Below are positions 37,643 through 47,785 of a stretch of DNA of 64,000 nt, piece after piece. The notes under the pieces are model-generated. The model worked only from the letters and a program-made list of their open reading frames with translations, did not search any database and had not been told where the DNA came from. Within the stretch, counting starts at the first letter, position 1. Each line of letters opens with the position of its first letter. The DNA is taken from NCBI GenBank assembly GCA_036405415.1, contig DASWXP010000002.1:340803-404802 (forward strand), written 5' to 3'. The stretch is from Minisyncoccota bacterium. Lineage in GTDB: Bacteria > Patescibacteriota > Minisyncoccia > Phycocordibacterales > Phycocordibacteraceae. Both the position numbers and the translations under genes were made by a program.

Positions 37643-39157
37643 CTAGTTCCCCGCTGTCGAACACCAGGCCAAAAGCTTCGCCTTGGTTGCCGGACCCACG
37701 AGGCCGTAGGCACTCGAGGAAGCGGTGACGATCGCTTCCTTCAGCTGGAAGCGCTTCACGGCGCGGTCCGTAGCAGGACCGTAGAAGCCGGTAATGAGTC
37801 CCTCGGGGTATATCTGCGTGTCCTTAGCGAGGATGGTCTGCAACCGCGTCACCTCGCCATTAGTGTCAGCATCCGTAGCATCAAGCGATAGCTCGCTCGT
37901 AAAGGCAGCGCACGCTGGAGCTGGCGTCACGGGAACCGATGGGGCCGGTGCCGCAGCGGCAACGCCCTGCGCCGCGTTAAGCGCCGCACGAGTGCGCGGC
38001 CCGAGCGTCCCTGTCTGCTCGAGATTGTTACGTGCCTGGAACGCCTTCACCGCGAGCGTCGTGCACTCGTTCGTAAGCCCTGAGATCGGACATACCCCGA
38101 GCGATGCTTCGCTTCCCGGATAGAGATCGAGGTCTCTAAGGAGCGCCTGAAGCGCATAGATGCCGGTTGCGTTCGTGCTGGTGGCGGTCGAGGTCGCAAG
38201 CAGGTCGCTACTGAAGGTGTATGGAAGCGCCTTGGTATCGAAGCGCGGACGGCCCGGCGAGCCGAAGAAATCCTTCACGCCCTGCGCGGTCTGGAACGCG
38301 AAATCCGCGAACACGGAGTCGCGCGCGCCGTCCCCTGTTATGCGTGGCTCGTAGATATAACCGTACTCGAGCAGAAGGCTCGGCGCCTCGCTCGTGTTGT
38401 AGGCGCCTACGGCGATCAGCTCGCGGTCCTCGACGATACCCTTTGTCTCGTAGCCGAAGTTCGATACCGCGCTCGTCGACTTGAGGCGCTCGAGCACCGG
38501 CTCCGCGATGGCGCGTGACGCATCCGCATTGCCGTATATCGCGTCCGGCACGTAGATCGCGGCGCCTGAGTACGCGCCCCGTTCGTTGGACCCATGTCCG
38601 GTCTCGTCGTTGAGGTGAAGGTGGATCACGAGGTCGATACCGTTCTCGTTCGCCCACTTCGAGACGCCGTAGAGGCGGGTTGCCACGTCCCCGGGAGCGG
38701 CGTTGTGCGACGCCTGCTCCTCGAACACGTCGATCCTGCCGCGCTTCACGAGCTTCTCGTAGTCCTCCTTATGGTCCTCCACAAAGCGCGTGATCTTCCG
38801 CATCTGGCGGTCGAAGTATGGAGCAAGGTCGTCATTCCACCCCAAACCGTCGCGTGCGACGGACACCTCGAAGTTCGGGTCGGTCTCGAGCTCACGCTTC
38901 AGGCGCTCCGCGATATCGACGACGAACTCGCGCTCGTAGTAGCCCATGAACTCAGCGCCGCCGTACATCGGCTCGTGTCCCGGCATGATGAGTATGCGCA
39001 CCTTCGCTCCCCCGAAGGAGGCTTCTTGATAGGCGATCGCAAGGTCGTCCGCGCTTACCGTCTCCTCATATGACTTGGACGCAGCCTGCACGCTCGTGCC
39101 GAACGTGAGCAATCCAATCAAGAGAACGGCGAGGGAAAGATGTAGGGTACGCTTCAT
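37643..39157 (-). CDS. N-acetylmuramoyl-L-alanine amidase (Amidase_3-like) with two C-terminal peptidoglycan-binding domains
   Basis: Signal peptide; zinc-amidase catalytic region (ILIMPGHEP...VIHLHLNDETGH); two C-terminal PG_binding_1-like repeats (LAVKAFQARNNLEQTG..LGPRTRAAL and LQTILAKDTQIYPEGLITGFYGPATDRAVKRFQ). Confidence 0.7.
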   Translation of the reverse strand: MKRTLHLSLAVLLIGLLTFGTSVQAASKSYEETVSADDLAIAYQEASFGGAKVRILIMPGHEPMYGGAEFMGYYEREFVVDIAERLKRELETDPNFEVSVARDGLGWNDDLAPYFDRQMRKITRFVEDHKEDYEKLVKRGRIDVFEEQASHNAAPGDVATRLYGVSKWANENGIDLVIHLHLNDETGHGSNERGAYSGAAIYVPDAIYGNADASRAIAEPVLERLKSTSAVSNFGYETKGIVEDRELIAVGAYNTSEAPSLLLEYGYIYEPRITGDGARDSVFADFAFQTAQGVKDFFGSPGRPRFDTKALPYTFSSDLLATSTATSTNATGIYALQALLRDLDLYPGSEASLGVCPISGLTNECTTLAVKAFQARNNLEQTGTLGPRTRAALNAAQGVAAAAPAPSVPVTPAPACAAFTSELSLDATDADTNGEVTRLQTILAKDTQIYPEGLITGFYGPATDRAVKRFQLKEAIVTASSSAYGLVGPATKAKLLAWCSTAGN

Positions 39158-39230
39158 GGGAGTACGGTATCACGCATACAAACAATCCCCAGTCTCGCCG
39201 ATCGGGGATGATGTAGGGATGAAGAGGCGC

Positions 39231-39620
39231 TTAGCGCTTCTTCGCGTGCACGAACACCTTGGCGGTGCAGGTCGAAGTCGCACCGTTCTTTCCGATAAAG
39301 GTCATCGGGAACTCATGCTTGCCGCGGACCGCGATTGTCACCTTCTGGCGGCCATCTGCCGGCCACTCCTTCTCTCCCTGTACGAGCCCAACCATCTTCA
39401 CGGCGTCCTTGCTCTTCCAGACGATGTCGACCGAGCTGCCGGAGGTCATGACCTTCTTCGACGCGCGCGCCTCACAGGTTGGCGGCTTCGGGATCATGGT
39501 CACGTTCTTCACCGTGAGCGCGATGTCCTGAGTGGCAGCGCGTGCTGCCAGCGGAAGCCCCATCAGAAGGAGCGTTGCGAGCATGAAGGATGCGCTGAAG
39601 CGCGATAGGTTCGTAGTCAT
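39231..39620 (-). CDS. small secreted protein, hypothetical
   Basis: Start ATG 39620 (MTTNLSRFSASFMLATLLLMGLPLAARAATQ, a signal peptide); 129 aa. Confidence 0.45.
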   Translation of the reverse strand: MTTNLSRFSASFMLATLLLMGLPLAARAATQDIALTVKNVTMIPKPPTCEARASKKVMTSGSSVDIVWKSKDAVKMVGLVQGEKEWPADGRQKVTIAVRGKHEFPMTFIGKNGATSTCTAKVFVHAKKR

Positions 39621-39696
39621 AGGTATATATATGAGAGCATTCTTCATCGAAAAATGCCAGATGCCCTGAACCGGTACTCGAGCGTATACTCTAGGC

Positions 39697-41871
39697 ATGA
39701 AGCCTACGGACCTGCTCACCGAACACTTCACGCGCCTCAAGCCTGACCAGAAGAAAGCGCTCGAGCGCCTCGGCATCAGGACCGTTCGCGACCTCCTCTA
39801 CCACTTCCCCTCCCGCTACGAAGCATCGGGTCCGACCGGTACCATCGGCAACGTCTCGCCCGGAAGCGAGGTGACTCTATACGGCACGATCAGGAAGCCT
39901 GAAGCGAAGAAGGCATGGAAGTCGAAGCGCCCCATGGCTGAAGCCTGGCTTGAGGACGCCTCAGGTCGTATCAAGCTGCGCTGGTTCTCGCAGCCGTACA
40001 TCGCGAAGACCCTTCAGGACGGGATGGTGGTAAAAGCGAGCGGCAAGGTAACCGGGACCGAGGGCAAGGTGTACCTCGCGAATCCAGAGATAGACCGCTC
40101 TCCAGTGCCGCCAGAGGACGTGCACGAGTCACTCTTCACACAGGACGAGGCGGTGCCACTCATCGAGGATACGCTGTTTGCGATTTATCCCGAATCAAAG
40201 GGCGTTTCCTCTCTGTGGCTTTCGCACGCGGTGAAGCGCGTATTCGAATCAGGCATGCACGAGACGCTTGTTGATCCGATACCTAAAGATATGCTCGACC
40301 GGTACAGCCTCCCCACCCTCCAGACCGCGCTCATCTGGATGCACGCGCCTCGGAAGCTACCTGACGCGCAGGCCGCGCGCAAGCGCTTCGCGTTCGAAGA
40401 AGTATTTGCCATACAGCTCACGACTCAAAGACGGCGGCTCGAAGCATCCAAGGAACGAGCGCTTCCCGTGCATGCCGATCGTGATCGCCTGAACGAGTTC
40501 ATCGCGTCTTTCCCGTTCCCGCCAACCGAAGCGCAGTCTTCTTCGATCGAGCGCATCGTCTCTGACTTCGAGAAGCCGCATCCGATGCGCCGCTTGCTTG
40601 AAGGTGACGTAGGAAGCGGCAAGACCGCGGTAGCGGCCGCAACCGCCTACATGGTTGCGACCTCGAAGCCGCCCGGAAGAATTGCCGGCGCGCTCCAGGT
40701 CGCGTATATGTGCCCCACCGAGATCCTCGCGAAGCAGCACTTCTCTACCTTCGTCTCCTATTTCAAGGACCATCCGATCCCTATCGGTCTCATAACCGGT
40801 ACCGAGTGTCGGAAGTTCCCCTCGAAGGTCCGGTACGAAGAGTCCGCGAAGGTATCGCGCGCGCAGTTTGCGAAATGGGTAGCCAACGGGGAGATCCCGA
40901 TCGTGATCGGTACCCACGCGCTCGTCTATAAGTCTCTGTCGTTCCAGAACCTCGCGTACGCCATCATCGACGAGCAGCATCGCTTCGGAAAGGCACACCG
41001 CCAGAAGCTCGCGCGCAAAGGCACGGAACCCATGCCGCATCTCCTTTCCATGACCGCGACCCCTATCCCGCGTACGCTCGCCCTATCTATTTACGGAGAC
41101 CTCGACCTCTCCCTGCTCGACCAGATGCCGCTCGGTCGCAAACCCATCATCACGGAAGTCCTTGGACCCGAGAAGCGCGAGCGCGCGTACGAACGCGTGC
41201 GCGAGGAACTCAAGAAAGGACACCAGGCATATGTCATCTGCCCACGCATCAACGAACCGGACCCCTCAAAGGAATCAGCAATCCAGGCGAAGAGCGTAAA
41301 AGCGGAAGCAGAGCGCCTTTCGCGCGACATATTCCCTGACGCTGCGATAGACATCCTTCACTCGAAGATGCTTCCGAAGGACAAGGAGGACGTGATGAAG
41401 CGGTTCGAGAAGAACGAGGTACAGATACTCGTCGCGACATCCGTGGTTGAAGTGGGCGTGAACGTCCCGAACGCGACCGTGATCCTAATCGAAGGCGCCG
41501 AGCGCTTCGGGCTCGCCCAGCTGCATCAGCTGCGCGGCCGCGTCATCCGCTCATCGAATCAGGCGTATTGTTTTGCACTCCCTGAGTCGTATGGTCCAAC
41601 CACGAAGGAGCGCCTGACCGCGCTTACTACCGCAAAGAACGGATTCGAGCTTGCCGAATACGATCTCGCGCTACGCGGTGCTGGAGAGCTCTACGGAGCG
41701 AAGCAATGGGGCGTCTCAGATATCGCTATGGAAGCACTCAAGAACGTGAAGATGGTGGAAGCGGCACGTAACGAGGCGCAGGCGCTCATCGAGAAGGATC
41801 CGGAACTAAAGAAGCATCCCCTACTCGCGACACTCGCAAAGGAAGTAGACGAGGAGGTGCATCCTGAATAA
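39697..41871 (+). CDS. recG: ATP-dependent DNA helicase RecG
   Basis: N-terminal wedge/OB domain; helicase motif I DVGSGKTAVAA, DEQHRFG (DEAH-like); motifs V/VI QLHQLRGRVIRS; 724 aa. Confidence 0.85.
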   Translation: MKPTDLLTEHFTRLKPDQKKALERLGIRTVRDLLYHFPSRYEASGPTGTIGNVSPGSEVTLYGTIRKPEAKKAWKSKRPMAEAWLEDASGRIKLRWFSQPYIAKTLQDGMVVKASGKVTGTEGKVYLANPEIDRSPVPPEDVHESLFTQDEAVPLIEDTLFAIYPESKGVSSLWLSHAVKRVFESGMHETLVDPIPKDMLDRYSLPTLQTALIWMHAPRKLPDAQAARKRFAFEEVFAIQLTTQRRRLEASKERALPVHADRDRLNEFIASFPFPPTEAQSSSIERIVSDFEKPHPMRRLLEGDVGSGKTAVAAATAYMVATSKPPGRIAGALQVAYMCPTEILAKQHFSTFVSYFKDHPIPIGLITGTECRKFPSKVRYEESAKVSRAQFAKWVANGEIPIVIGTHALVYKSLSFQNLAYAIIDEQHRFGKAHRQKLARKGTEPMPHLLSMTATPIPRTLALSIYGDLDLSLLDQMPLGRKPIITEVLGPEKRERAYERVREELKKGHQAYVICPRINEPDPSKESAIQAKSVKAEAERLSRDIFPDAAIDILHSKMLPKDKEDVMKRFEKNEVQILVATSVVEVGVNVPNATVILIEGAERFGLAQLHQLRGRVIRSSNQAYCFALPESYGPTTKERLTALTTAKNGFELAEYDLALRGAGELYGAKQWGVSDIAMEALKNVKMVEAARNEAQALIEKDPELKKHPLLATLAKEVDEEVHPE

Positions 41872-41893
41872 GGGTGCGTTACAGTAGCTTAAG

Positions 41894-41970
41894 CCACCCT
41901 TAGCTCAGTTGGTTAGAGCGCGGAGCTTATACCTCCGTGGTCCTTGGTTCGAGTCCAAGAGGGTGGACCA
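41894..41970 (+). tRNA. tRNA with UAU anticodon (tRNA-Ile reading AUA), CCA encoded
   Basis: CCACCCT acceptor paired with AGGGTGG, D-arm GCTCAGTTGGTTAGAGC, anticodon stem CGGAG/CTCCG with loop CTTATAC (U33, A37), T-arm CTTGGTTCGAGTCCAAG, then ACCA. Confidence 0.65.
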
Positions 41971-42028
41971 GAAATCTGATTCTGATATAAGGAAGCTAGT
42001 CTTGGCACCTTAGGAAAGGAGACGTTCC

Positions 42029-42466
42029 ATGGACTGCACGAACTGCGGCGCATGCTGCGTCGGCCAGATCATTCCGCTCACCAAGCTCGAGCGTGGCACC
42101 ACGCCGCCTGAGCTCATGGATGGAAAAGGTAATCTGAAATCCGTCGACGGGCACTGCATCCTCTTCGATCCGAAAACTCGAAGCTGTACCGACTACGAAC
42201 ACCGACCTCAAATATGCCGCGATTTCAAAAGCGGCTGCGATCGGTGCGTCGTTATGCGGGCGTTCGGGTCAGCGCGGCTCGGCATGGGCCCTGAACCCGT
42301 ACCGACACCAGTCGCTGAAAGCGCATTCGCCGACTTCGCAGTCCGTCTTCACCTTGAAGAAGACGGCGGGCGTATCCGACGGATATCTCACCCGGAACCT
42401 GACGCAGTAACACAAGCGGCACTTCTCATTGCGAACGAGGAGCTCCGGAATGCGGAAGGATACTGA
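42029..42466 (+). CDS. YkgJ/UPF0153 family Cys-cluster (zinc/iron-chelating) protein
   Basis: N-terminal CxxCxxCC motif (MDCTNCGACC) plus downstream Cys residues. Confidence 0.55.
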   Translation: MDCTNCGACCVGQIIPLTKLERGTTPPELMDGKGNLKSVDGHCILFDPKTRSCTDYEHRPQICRDFKSGCDRCVVMRAFGSARLGMGPEPVPTPVAESAFADFAVRLHLEEDGGRIRRISHPEPDAVTQAALLIANEELRNAEGY

Positions 42467-42499
42467 AACGGCGACCCTTTTGGGCCGCCGTTTTCTCTT

Positions 42500-44446
42500 T
42501 TACTTGTGCCCTGCCCCGACCGCAGGCGCTGAGATCTCCTCTTCAGGCTCGGGCGCCTTCGGCGTGATGCCGTTGGCGATGAGGATCTTCTCGAACTCCT
42601 CGCGCTCGATGGTCTCGACCTCTACGAGCTTCTCCGCGATCGCATCGAGCGCGCCGCGGTGCTGCTCGAGCACCTCGCGCGCACGGCCCTTCGCCTCCTC
42701 GATGATGCGTGCTACTTCCGCGTCGATCTTGCCAGCAACCTCCTGCGAGTACGCAGCGTCTCCATACCGATCTGCGGCGTACGCGACCGGACCGAGCGAA
42801 TCGCTCATGCCGTAGCGCGCCACCATATCGCGCGCGAGCGCCACGATAACCGCGAGGTCGTTCGAAGGGCCCGTCGTGAGGTCGCCGAAGATCATCTCTT
42901 CTGCGACGTAGCCGCCCAAGGTTCCTGCGATATCGTCCAGGAACGACTTCCTCGACTGCATCTTCTTATCGTCAAACGGAAGCTTCAGCGTGTAGCCTGC
43001 AGCACGCCCGCGGCTGATGATAGAGATCTTGTGGATCGGATCCGCGTGCTCGAGCACGGAACCAACGAGTGCATGACCCGCTTCGTGATACGCGGTGACC
43101 CGCTTCTCTTTCTTGCCGAGGATGTGGCTCTTTCGCTCCGGACCGAGCATCACCTTCTCGATGGAGCGGATGAGATCGTACTGGGTAATCTCCTTGCGAT
43201 TCTCACGCGCAGCAAGGATCGCGCCCTCGTTCATTAAGGAATAGAGCTCAGCGCCGGAGAAGCCCGGGGTGCGCTCTGCGATAACCTCAAGGTTCACGTC
43301 AGGACCGAGCGGCTTCTTGCGCGCATGTACGCCGAGGATCTCGAGGCGGTCCTTGCGGTCCGGAAGGTCGATCGTCACGCGACGATCGAAGCGACCCGGA
43401 CGAAGAAGCGCCGGATCAAGCACGTCAGGACGGTTGGTTGCTGCCATCACGATCACCTTCTCCGTCGGATCGAAGCCGTCCATCTCAACGAGGATCTGGT
43501 TTAAGGTCTGCTCACGCTCATCATTTCCGCCGCCAATACCGGTACCGCGCACGCGCCCAACGGCATCAATCTCGTCAACGAAGATGATCGCCGGAGAAGT
43601 GCGCTTTGCCATGAGGAAGAGGTCGCGCACGCGCGACGCGCCCACGCCCACGAACATCTCCACGAACTCAGAACCTGAGATGGAGAAGAAGGGCACGCCC
43701 GCCTCGCCCGCAACCGCGCGCGCAAGCAAGGTCTTTCCGGTTCCCGGTGCGCCCATGAGTAGGATGCCCTTCGGGATACGCGCACCGATATCGAGGAACT
43801 TCTTCGGGTTCTTGAGGAAGTCCACGATCTCAAGCAACTCTTCCTTCGCTTCCTTGGCGCCTGCGACGTCCGCGAACATCACGCGCTGCGACGTGTCCGC
43901 AGGATCGATCATGCGCGCCTTTGACTGTCCGAAGGAGAACGCCTGCATACCCGCGCCTCGCACCTGGCGCGTAAGGAACCAGAAGAGTACGGCAAGGAAG
44001 ACGATCGGAAGCAGGATCGGCGCGAGGTTGAAGAACCAGTACGTGAACCCGCCTTCCTTCTCAATGGAGGCAGAGACAACGGAAAGCTGCTCCGGTGTCA
44101 CGCCGTACGCGGAGAGCGTCTCCGGGAGCGACGCTTCCGGATCCTTCATCGAGGTCTTCTTCGTGCCGTCCTGGTACGTAAGCGCCACCTCGTTGCCGCT
44201 GATCTCGAGCGCAGACACCGAGCCCGCCTTCACGTCAGCGGCTACCTGCGAAAGCGAGATCTGCTCCGGCTTCGTGCTCTCGCCCATGAGGAGCGAGTAG
44301 ATGCCGGTGAGGGCGATGAGGATAAGGACCGTCGAAATGACGTTCGCCGTGAATCCCCCACCCTTAGGCATCGGGACCTTCCCTTTCGGGAGCTTCGGGC
44401 CTCCTTTCCTTGAAGCTTTCAACGCGGGTTTTTTAGTAGGTGCCAT
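42500..44446 (-). CDS. ftsH: ATP-dependent zinc metalloprotease FtsH
   Basis: Two TM helices; AAA Walker A GAPGTGKT; SRH; zinc site HEAGHA. Confidence 0.9.
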   Translation of the reverse strand: MAPTKKPALKASRKGGPKLPKGKVPMPKGGGFTANVISTVLILIALTGIYSLLMGESTKPEQISLSQVAADVKAGSVSALEISGNEVALTYQDGTKKTSMKDPEASLPETLSAYGVTPEQLSVVSASIEKEGGFTYWFFNLAPILLPIVFLAVLFWFLTRQVRGAGMQAFSFGQSKARMIDPADTSQRVMFADVAGAKEAKEELLEIVDFLKNPKKFLDIGARIPKGILLMGAPGTGKTLLARAVAGEAGVPFFSISGSEFVEMFVGVGASRVRDLFLMAKRTSPAIIFVDEIDAVGRVRGTGIGGGNDEREQTLNQILVEMDGFDPTEKVIVMAATNRPDVLDPALLRPGRFDRRVTIDLPDRKDRLEILGVHARKKPLGPDVNLEVIAERTPGFSGAELYSLMNEGAILAARENRKEITQYDLIRSIEKVMLGPERKSHILGKKEKRVTAYHEAGHALVGSVLEHADPIHKISIISRGRAAGYTLKLPFDDKKMQSRKSFLDDIAGTLGGYVAEEMIFGDLTTGPSNDLAVIVALARDMVARYGMSDSLGPVAYAADRYGDAAYSQEVAGKIDAEVARIIEEAKGRAREVLEQHRGALDAIAEKLVEVETIEREEFEKILIANGITPKAPEPEEEISAPAVGAGHK

Positions 44447-44505
44447 AGTCGTTCCAGTATACGCGAGCAGCGCATTTGCCGAAATCCTGCTACCTTTTAT
44501 AGGTC

Positions 44506-44952
44506 ATGGCACCCTTGCTCGAGAATAAGAAGGTACGGCTCCGTTTCGAGTCGCTTGAGACCTTCACCGCCGGGATCGAACTCTTCGGGTTCGAGGTTAA
44601 GTCGCTGCGCGCGAGGCTCGGAAGCCTCGAGGGCTCGCGCGTCGTGGTGCGCGGCGGCGAGGCCTTCCTAACAGGCATGACCATCCCGCCGTACCAGATG
44701 GCGAACGCTCCTAAGGAGTACGACCCTGAGCGCGCACGCCGCCTTCTCCTTTCTCGCAAGGAGATCGCTGAACTCCTTGATGCAGAATCTAAGAAAGGGT
44801 TGACAGTTGTGCCTTTTGAGGTATACAATAAGGGAAGATACCTGAAGGTGCGCATCGACATCGTGCGCGGCAAGAACAAGGCTGACAGACGCGAGGACAT
44901 CAAACGTCTGGAAGCGAAGAAGGAAGCCGATCGCGCGATGCGAGAGAAATAG
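44506..44952 (+). CDS. smpB: SsrA-binding protein
   Basis: 148 aa with conserved SmpB blocks (ENKKVR..FE..E....GIEL.G.EVKS..). Confidence 0.8.
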   Translation: MAPLLENKKVRLRFESLETFTAGIELFGFEVKSLRARLGSLEGSRVVVRGGEAFLTGMTIPPYQMANAPKEYDPERARRLLLSRKEIAELLDAESKKGLTVVPFEVYNKGRYLKVRIDIVRGKNKADRREDIKRLEAKKEADRAMREK

Positions 44953-44998
44953 TCGATCAGTCGCGTTCTACAACCGTTCTCCTGAACGGTTGTAGAAC

Positions 44999-45407
44999 GG
45001 GGGTGACCGGCTTTGACGGTCCTGTACCTTGAGAGACGTGCGACGCGGTGGAAGTGTGCTGACCACCTAAAAACGTACACAAAAATACTTGCAAAGAACA
45101 CTCTTGCAAGCGTGAAGTCTCCGTTCACCATGAACGACTTCGCGTTCGCTTACGTACGGACGGCTTAAGCCTCCTCGCCTAAGCGACGTTCGTACTTCCC
45201 CGTTCCTTCAGGGGGAAGTACGGGCGGAATCTTCTGAAGGATAGGTATCTGCGCTCTCCCAGGCGCAGACTGAAGCGACGGGATCAGGTAGAGGCGTTTT
45301 CGTTACCGTTCCTATTCCTCTACTGAATTGCTAACGGTAACTACGCGTCGTAGACTCGCTCTTGAGACGGGATTCGGACCGGAGTTCGACTCTCCGCACC
45401 TCCACAT
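44999..45407 (+). ncRNA. ssrA: tmRNA (transfer-messenger RNA)
   Basis: Lies directly downstream of smpB. The 5-prime end GGGGGUGACCGGCUUUGACGG resembles the tmRNA consensus. The 3-prime T-arm CGGAGTTCGACTCTCCG and acceptor CACCTCC pair with the 5-prime GGGGGTG, including the G3-U70 alanine identity pair. Followed by a strong terminator. A candidate tag reading frame ends at TAA 45166-45168. Confidence 0.7.
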
Positions 45408-45415
45408 AACCAATA

Positions 45416-45451
45416 AAAAGAACGCGGTCCCTAAAGGGACCGCGTTCTTTT
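45416..45451 (+). terminator. intrinsic terminator aaaagaacgcggtccc-taaa-gggaccgcgttctttt
   Basis: Perfect 16-bp stem plus a T-run immediately after the tmRNA 3-prime end. Confidence 0.7.
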
Positions 45452-45463
45452 TAGAGCGAATGC

Positions 45464-45715
45464 TTACGCCCTGCGAACGAGCTTCACGATCGCAAGCAGC
45501 ACAACCGCGCCAAGGATCGCGACGATGAGGCTGTAGAGGTTGAACCCGTCTACGCCGCCCTCGCCGAACGTGTTCATGATGAAACCGCCGAGGATCGCGC
45601 CGATGATACCGACGATGATATCGAGCAAGAGACCCTGCTGGCCGTTCGTCTTCATGATGAGAGACGCGATCCAGCCTGCAATAGCACCGAAGATGATCCA
45701 AAGAATGATTCCCAT
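45464..45715 (-). CDS. GlsB/YeaQ/YmgE family stress-response membrane protein
   Basis: 83 aa with Gly-zipper helices (WIIFGAIAGWIASLIM ... IVGIIGAILGGFI). Confidence 0.6.
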   Translation of the reverse strand: MGIILWIIFGAIAGWIASLIMKTNGQQGLLLDIIVGIIGAILGGFIMNTFGEGGVDGFNLYSLIVAILGAVVLLAIVKLVRRA

Positions 45716-45746
45716 AGTGTTGGTGAGTTAGAAGAGGTAAGGACTA

Positions 45747-45959
45747 TTACTGCGCTGCGCCGCCCATGTCTGGCGTCGGCACCTCGACATTGATCTGCGT
45801 TGGTGCCGGAGCTGCTGCCCCGCCCCCGAGGCCCGGCCACACGAAGATGGCTACGAGCGCGATGATGATGAGCAGCACGGCAGCGATAATCCATCCGCCT
45901 GCGCCTCCACTCCCTGAATCAGAATTGTTTACAACGGTTGCCATTTGAATTTGCATCAA
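45747..45959 (-). CDS. small membrane protein, hypothetical
   Basis: 70 aa; one TM helix (WIIAAVLLIIIALVAIFVW) flanked by Gly/Ala-rich tails. Confidence 0.35.
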   Translation of the reverse strand: MMQIQMATVVNNSDSGSGGAGGWIIAAVLLIIIALVAIFVWPGLGGGAAAPAPTQINVEVPTPDMGGAAQ

Positions 45960-46083
45960 CTTATATAGCCGCTGAGTATAGTCATCACGCGTGAAATCAA
46001 GATGAAGCCTTCAGGTCCAAGACTTCATGAAAGGCTCAGGCTTCCTTGTGTACGCTTCCTGCATACCCTAATAACGAAACCGC

Positions 46084-46518
46084 ATGAACCGAACCGGACT
46101 TATTGTGCTTATTATCGCTATCATCGGACTACTCGTGCTCTTCTTCGCATTCAATCGCCCCGCGATGGATGAGGCTCGCGAGAACACCGAGGACATGGCG
46201 ACTACCACTGCCTCGGCAATGAATCAGACGGCCACCCGCGCTGAGGCAGCCGCCGAGCTCACGGCGCTTCGTGCGCGCGTCGAGGCCGGCGAGACCTACG
46301 CAGACCTCCAGGAAGACTTCGCCCGGGTCCGCGCACGCGTTGCCACCTCCTATGAGAATGCTGAGGGAGCCGCAGCAGACGAGTGGGCTGAGGTTCAGGC
46401 TGATTTCGACAACCTCGAGGCATCCGCCCGCGCCGGAACGAGCTCCTTCCTTGATTCGCTTGCGTCCCTCATCGCCCGCCTCTCCGCAGACGTGCGCGTA
46501 GAGTCCGAGACCGAATAG
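46084..46518 (+). CDS. membrane-anchored hypothetical protein
   Basis: N-terminal TM helix LIVLIIAIIGLLVLFFAF followed by an Ala/Glu-rich helical domain. Confidence 0.45.
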   Translation: MNRTGLIVLIIAIIGLLVLFFAFNRPAMDEARENTEDMATTTASAMNQTATRAEAAAELTALRARVEAGETYADLQEDFARVRARVATSYENAEGAAADEWAEVQADFDNLEASARAGTSSFLDSLASLIARLSADVRVESETE

Positions 46519-46603
46519 GGGCTCTGAGGCCATACCAAGACTAAAATGCAATAAGCCGTACCTTGAGTACGGCCTATTTGCGTGCTAAAATGCTCTAAAC
46601 GCC

Positions 46604-47176
46604 TTGAATACGACCGAACGAATCCGCATAAACCGTGAGATCCGCGCAAGCGAGCTCCGGGTGATAGGCGCCGAGGGAGAGAACCTCGGCGTGATTTCGA
46701 CGTCTGAGGCCCTCAAAAAGGCCCAGGATGCGGGTCTAGACCTCATCGAAATCTCGCCGAACGCGGTCCCTCCCGTTGCGAAAATCATGGATTATGGTAA
46801 GTTTCAGTACGAGCATAAGAAGCGAGAGAGTGCTGCTCGAGCCAAGGTTAAGGTATCCGAGACCAAGGAAGTCCAGATCAAGGTCGGGACTGGAGAGAAC
46901 GACATGCGCCTCAAGGCCAAGAAGGCAGCCGAATGGCTCGCCGAAGGCCATCGAGTGCGTGTCGAGCTCTTCCTCAAGGGCCGATACAAGGGCATGGAGG
47001 AAGCATTCCTCAAGACCCGCCTCGAGAAGTTCGTGCTCCTCATCCCCTATCCGTATAAGATAGCCGAGCCTATCGCGCGCGCCCCGAAGGGCTTCGCCGG
47101 TATCCTCGAGCGGGATGCGAAGGCCGTGGCTGCCGGAACCAAAAAGCCAGAGAATCCTGACCCACAAACACCGTAA
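46604..47176 (+). CDS. infC: translation initiation factor IF-3
   Basis: Non-ATG (TTG) start, as is usual for infC. Conserved IN..IR..EVR..G..G...G and LDLVE..P blocks. Forms an infC-rpmI-rplT operon. Confidence 0.85.
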   Translation: MNTTERIRINREIRASELRVIGAEGENLGVISTSEALKKAQDAGLDLIEISPNAVPPVAKIMDYGKFQYEHKKRESAARAKVKVSETKEVQIKVGTGENDMRLKAKKAAEWLAEGHRVRVELFLKGRYKGMEEAFLKTRLEKFVLLIPYPYKIAEPIARAPKGFAGILERDAKAVAAGTKKPENPDPQTP

Positions 47177-47178
47177 CC

Positions 47179-47370
47179 ATGAAAACCAACAAGTCGTACA
47201 GCAAGCGCATCAAAGTGACCCGCAACGGGACGCTTGTTGCACGCAAGCCGGGTCAGAACCATTTCAACGCAAAGGAGCGCGGACGCACCAAGGGTGTGAA
47301 GGGTCGCACGAACATTCTCAATGTTCCAAAGCGCATCGTCCGCCAGTTCTTGAGCAAGACGAGCGCATAA
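47179..47370 (+). CDS. rpmI: 50S ribosomal protein L35
   Basis: MKTNKSYSKRIKVTRNG... 63 aa, basic. Confidence 0.85.
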   Translation: MKTNKSYSKRIKVTRNGTLVARKPGQNHFNAKERGRTKGVKGRTNILNVPKRIVRQFLSKTSA

Positions 47371-47390
47371 CTTTCAGTAACTAATTCCGT

Positions 47391-47741
47391 ATGGCACGAG
47401 TAAAGGGTGGTGTAATTGCAGCAAAGAAGCGTCGCAGCATTTTGAAGCGCGCGAAGGGCTACCGCCACGGCCGCTCCACGAAGGTTCGCCTCGCGAAGGA
47501 GTCCTTGGTACATGCAGGCAAGAACGCGTTCAACCACCGCCGCGACAAGAAGACCGACTTCCGCCAGCTCTGGATCGTGCGCCTCAACGCAGCGCTCCGC
47601 GATCTCGGCTTCAAGTCCTACAGCACCTTCATCGCCGCTAAGGCAAAGGCTGGCATCGAGCTCGACCGCAAGGTCCTCGCGACGCTTGCCGCAACCGAGC
47701 CTGAGGTATTTGCGCGCGTCGCAAAGAAGATTCAGGGCTAA
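47391..47741 (+). CDS. rplT: 50S ribosomal protein L20
   Basis: MARVKGGVIAAKKRR...; 116 aa. Confidence 0.9.
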   Translation: MARVKGGVIAAKKRRSILKRAKGYRHGRSTKVRLAKESLVHAGKNAFNHRRDKKTDFRQLWIVRLNAALRDLGFKSYSTFIAAKAKAGIELDRKVLATLAATEPEVFARVAKKIQG

Positions 47742-47758
47742 GCCCTTTCTTCATAGGG

Positions 47759-47783
47759 AAAGCCCCGCACTTAGCGGGGCTTT
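47759..47783 (+). terminator. hairpin aaagccccgc-actta-gcggggcttt followed by TCTTATTTCC
   Basis: Perfect 10-bp stem after the rplT stop. Confidence 0.65.
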
Positions 47784-47785
47784 TC

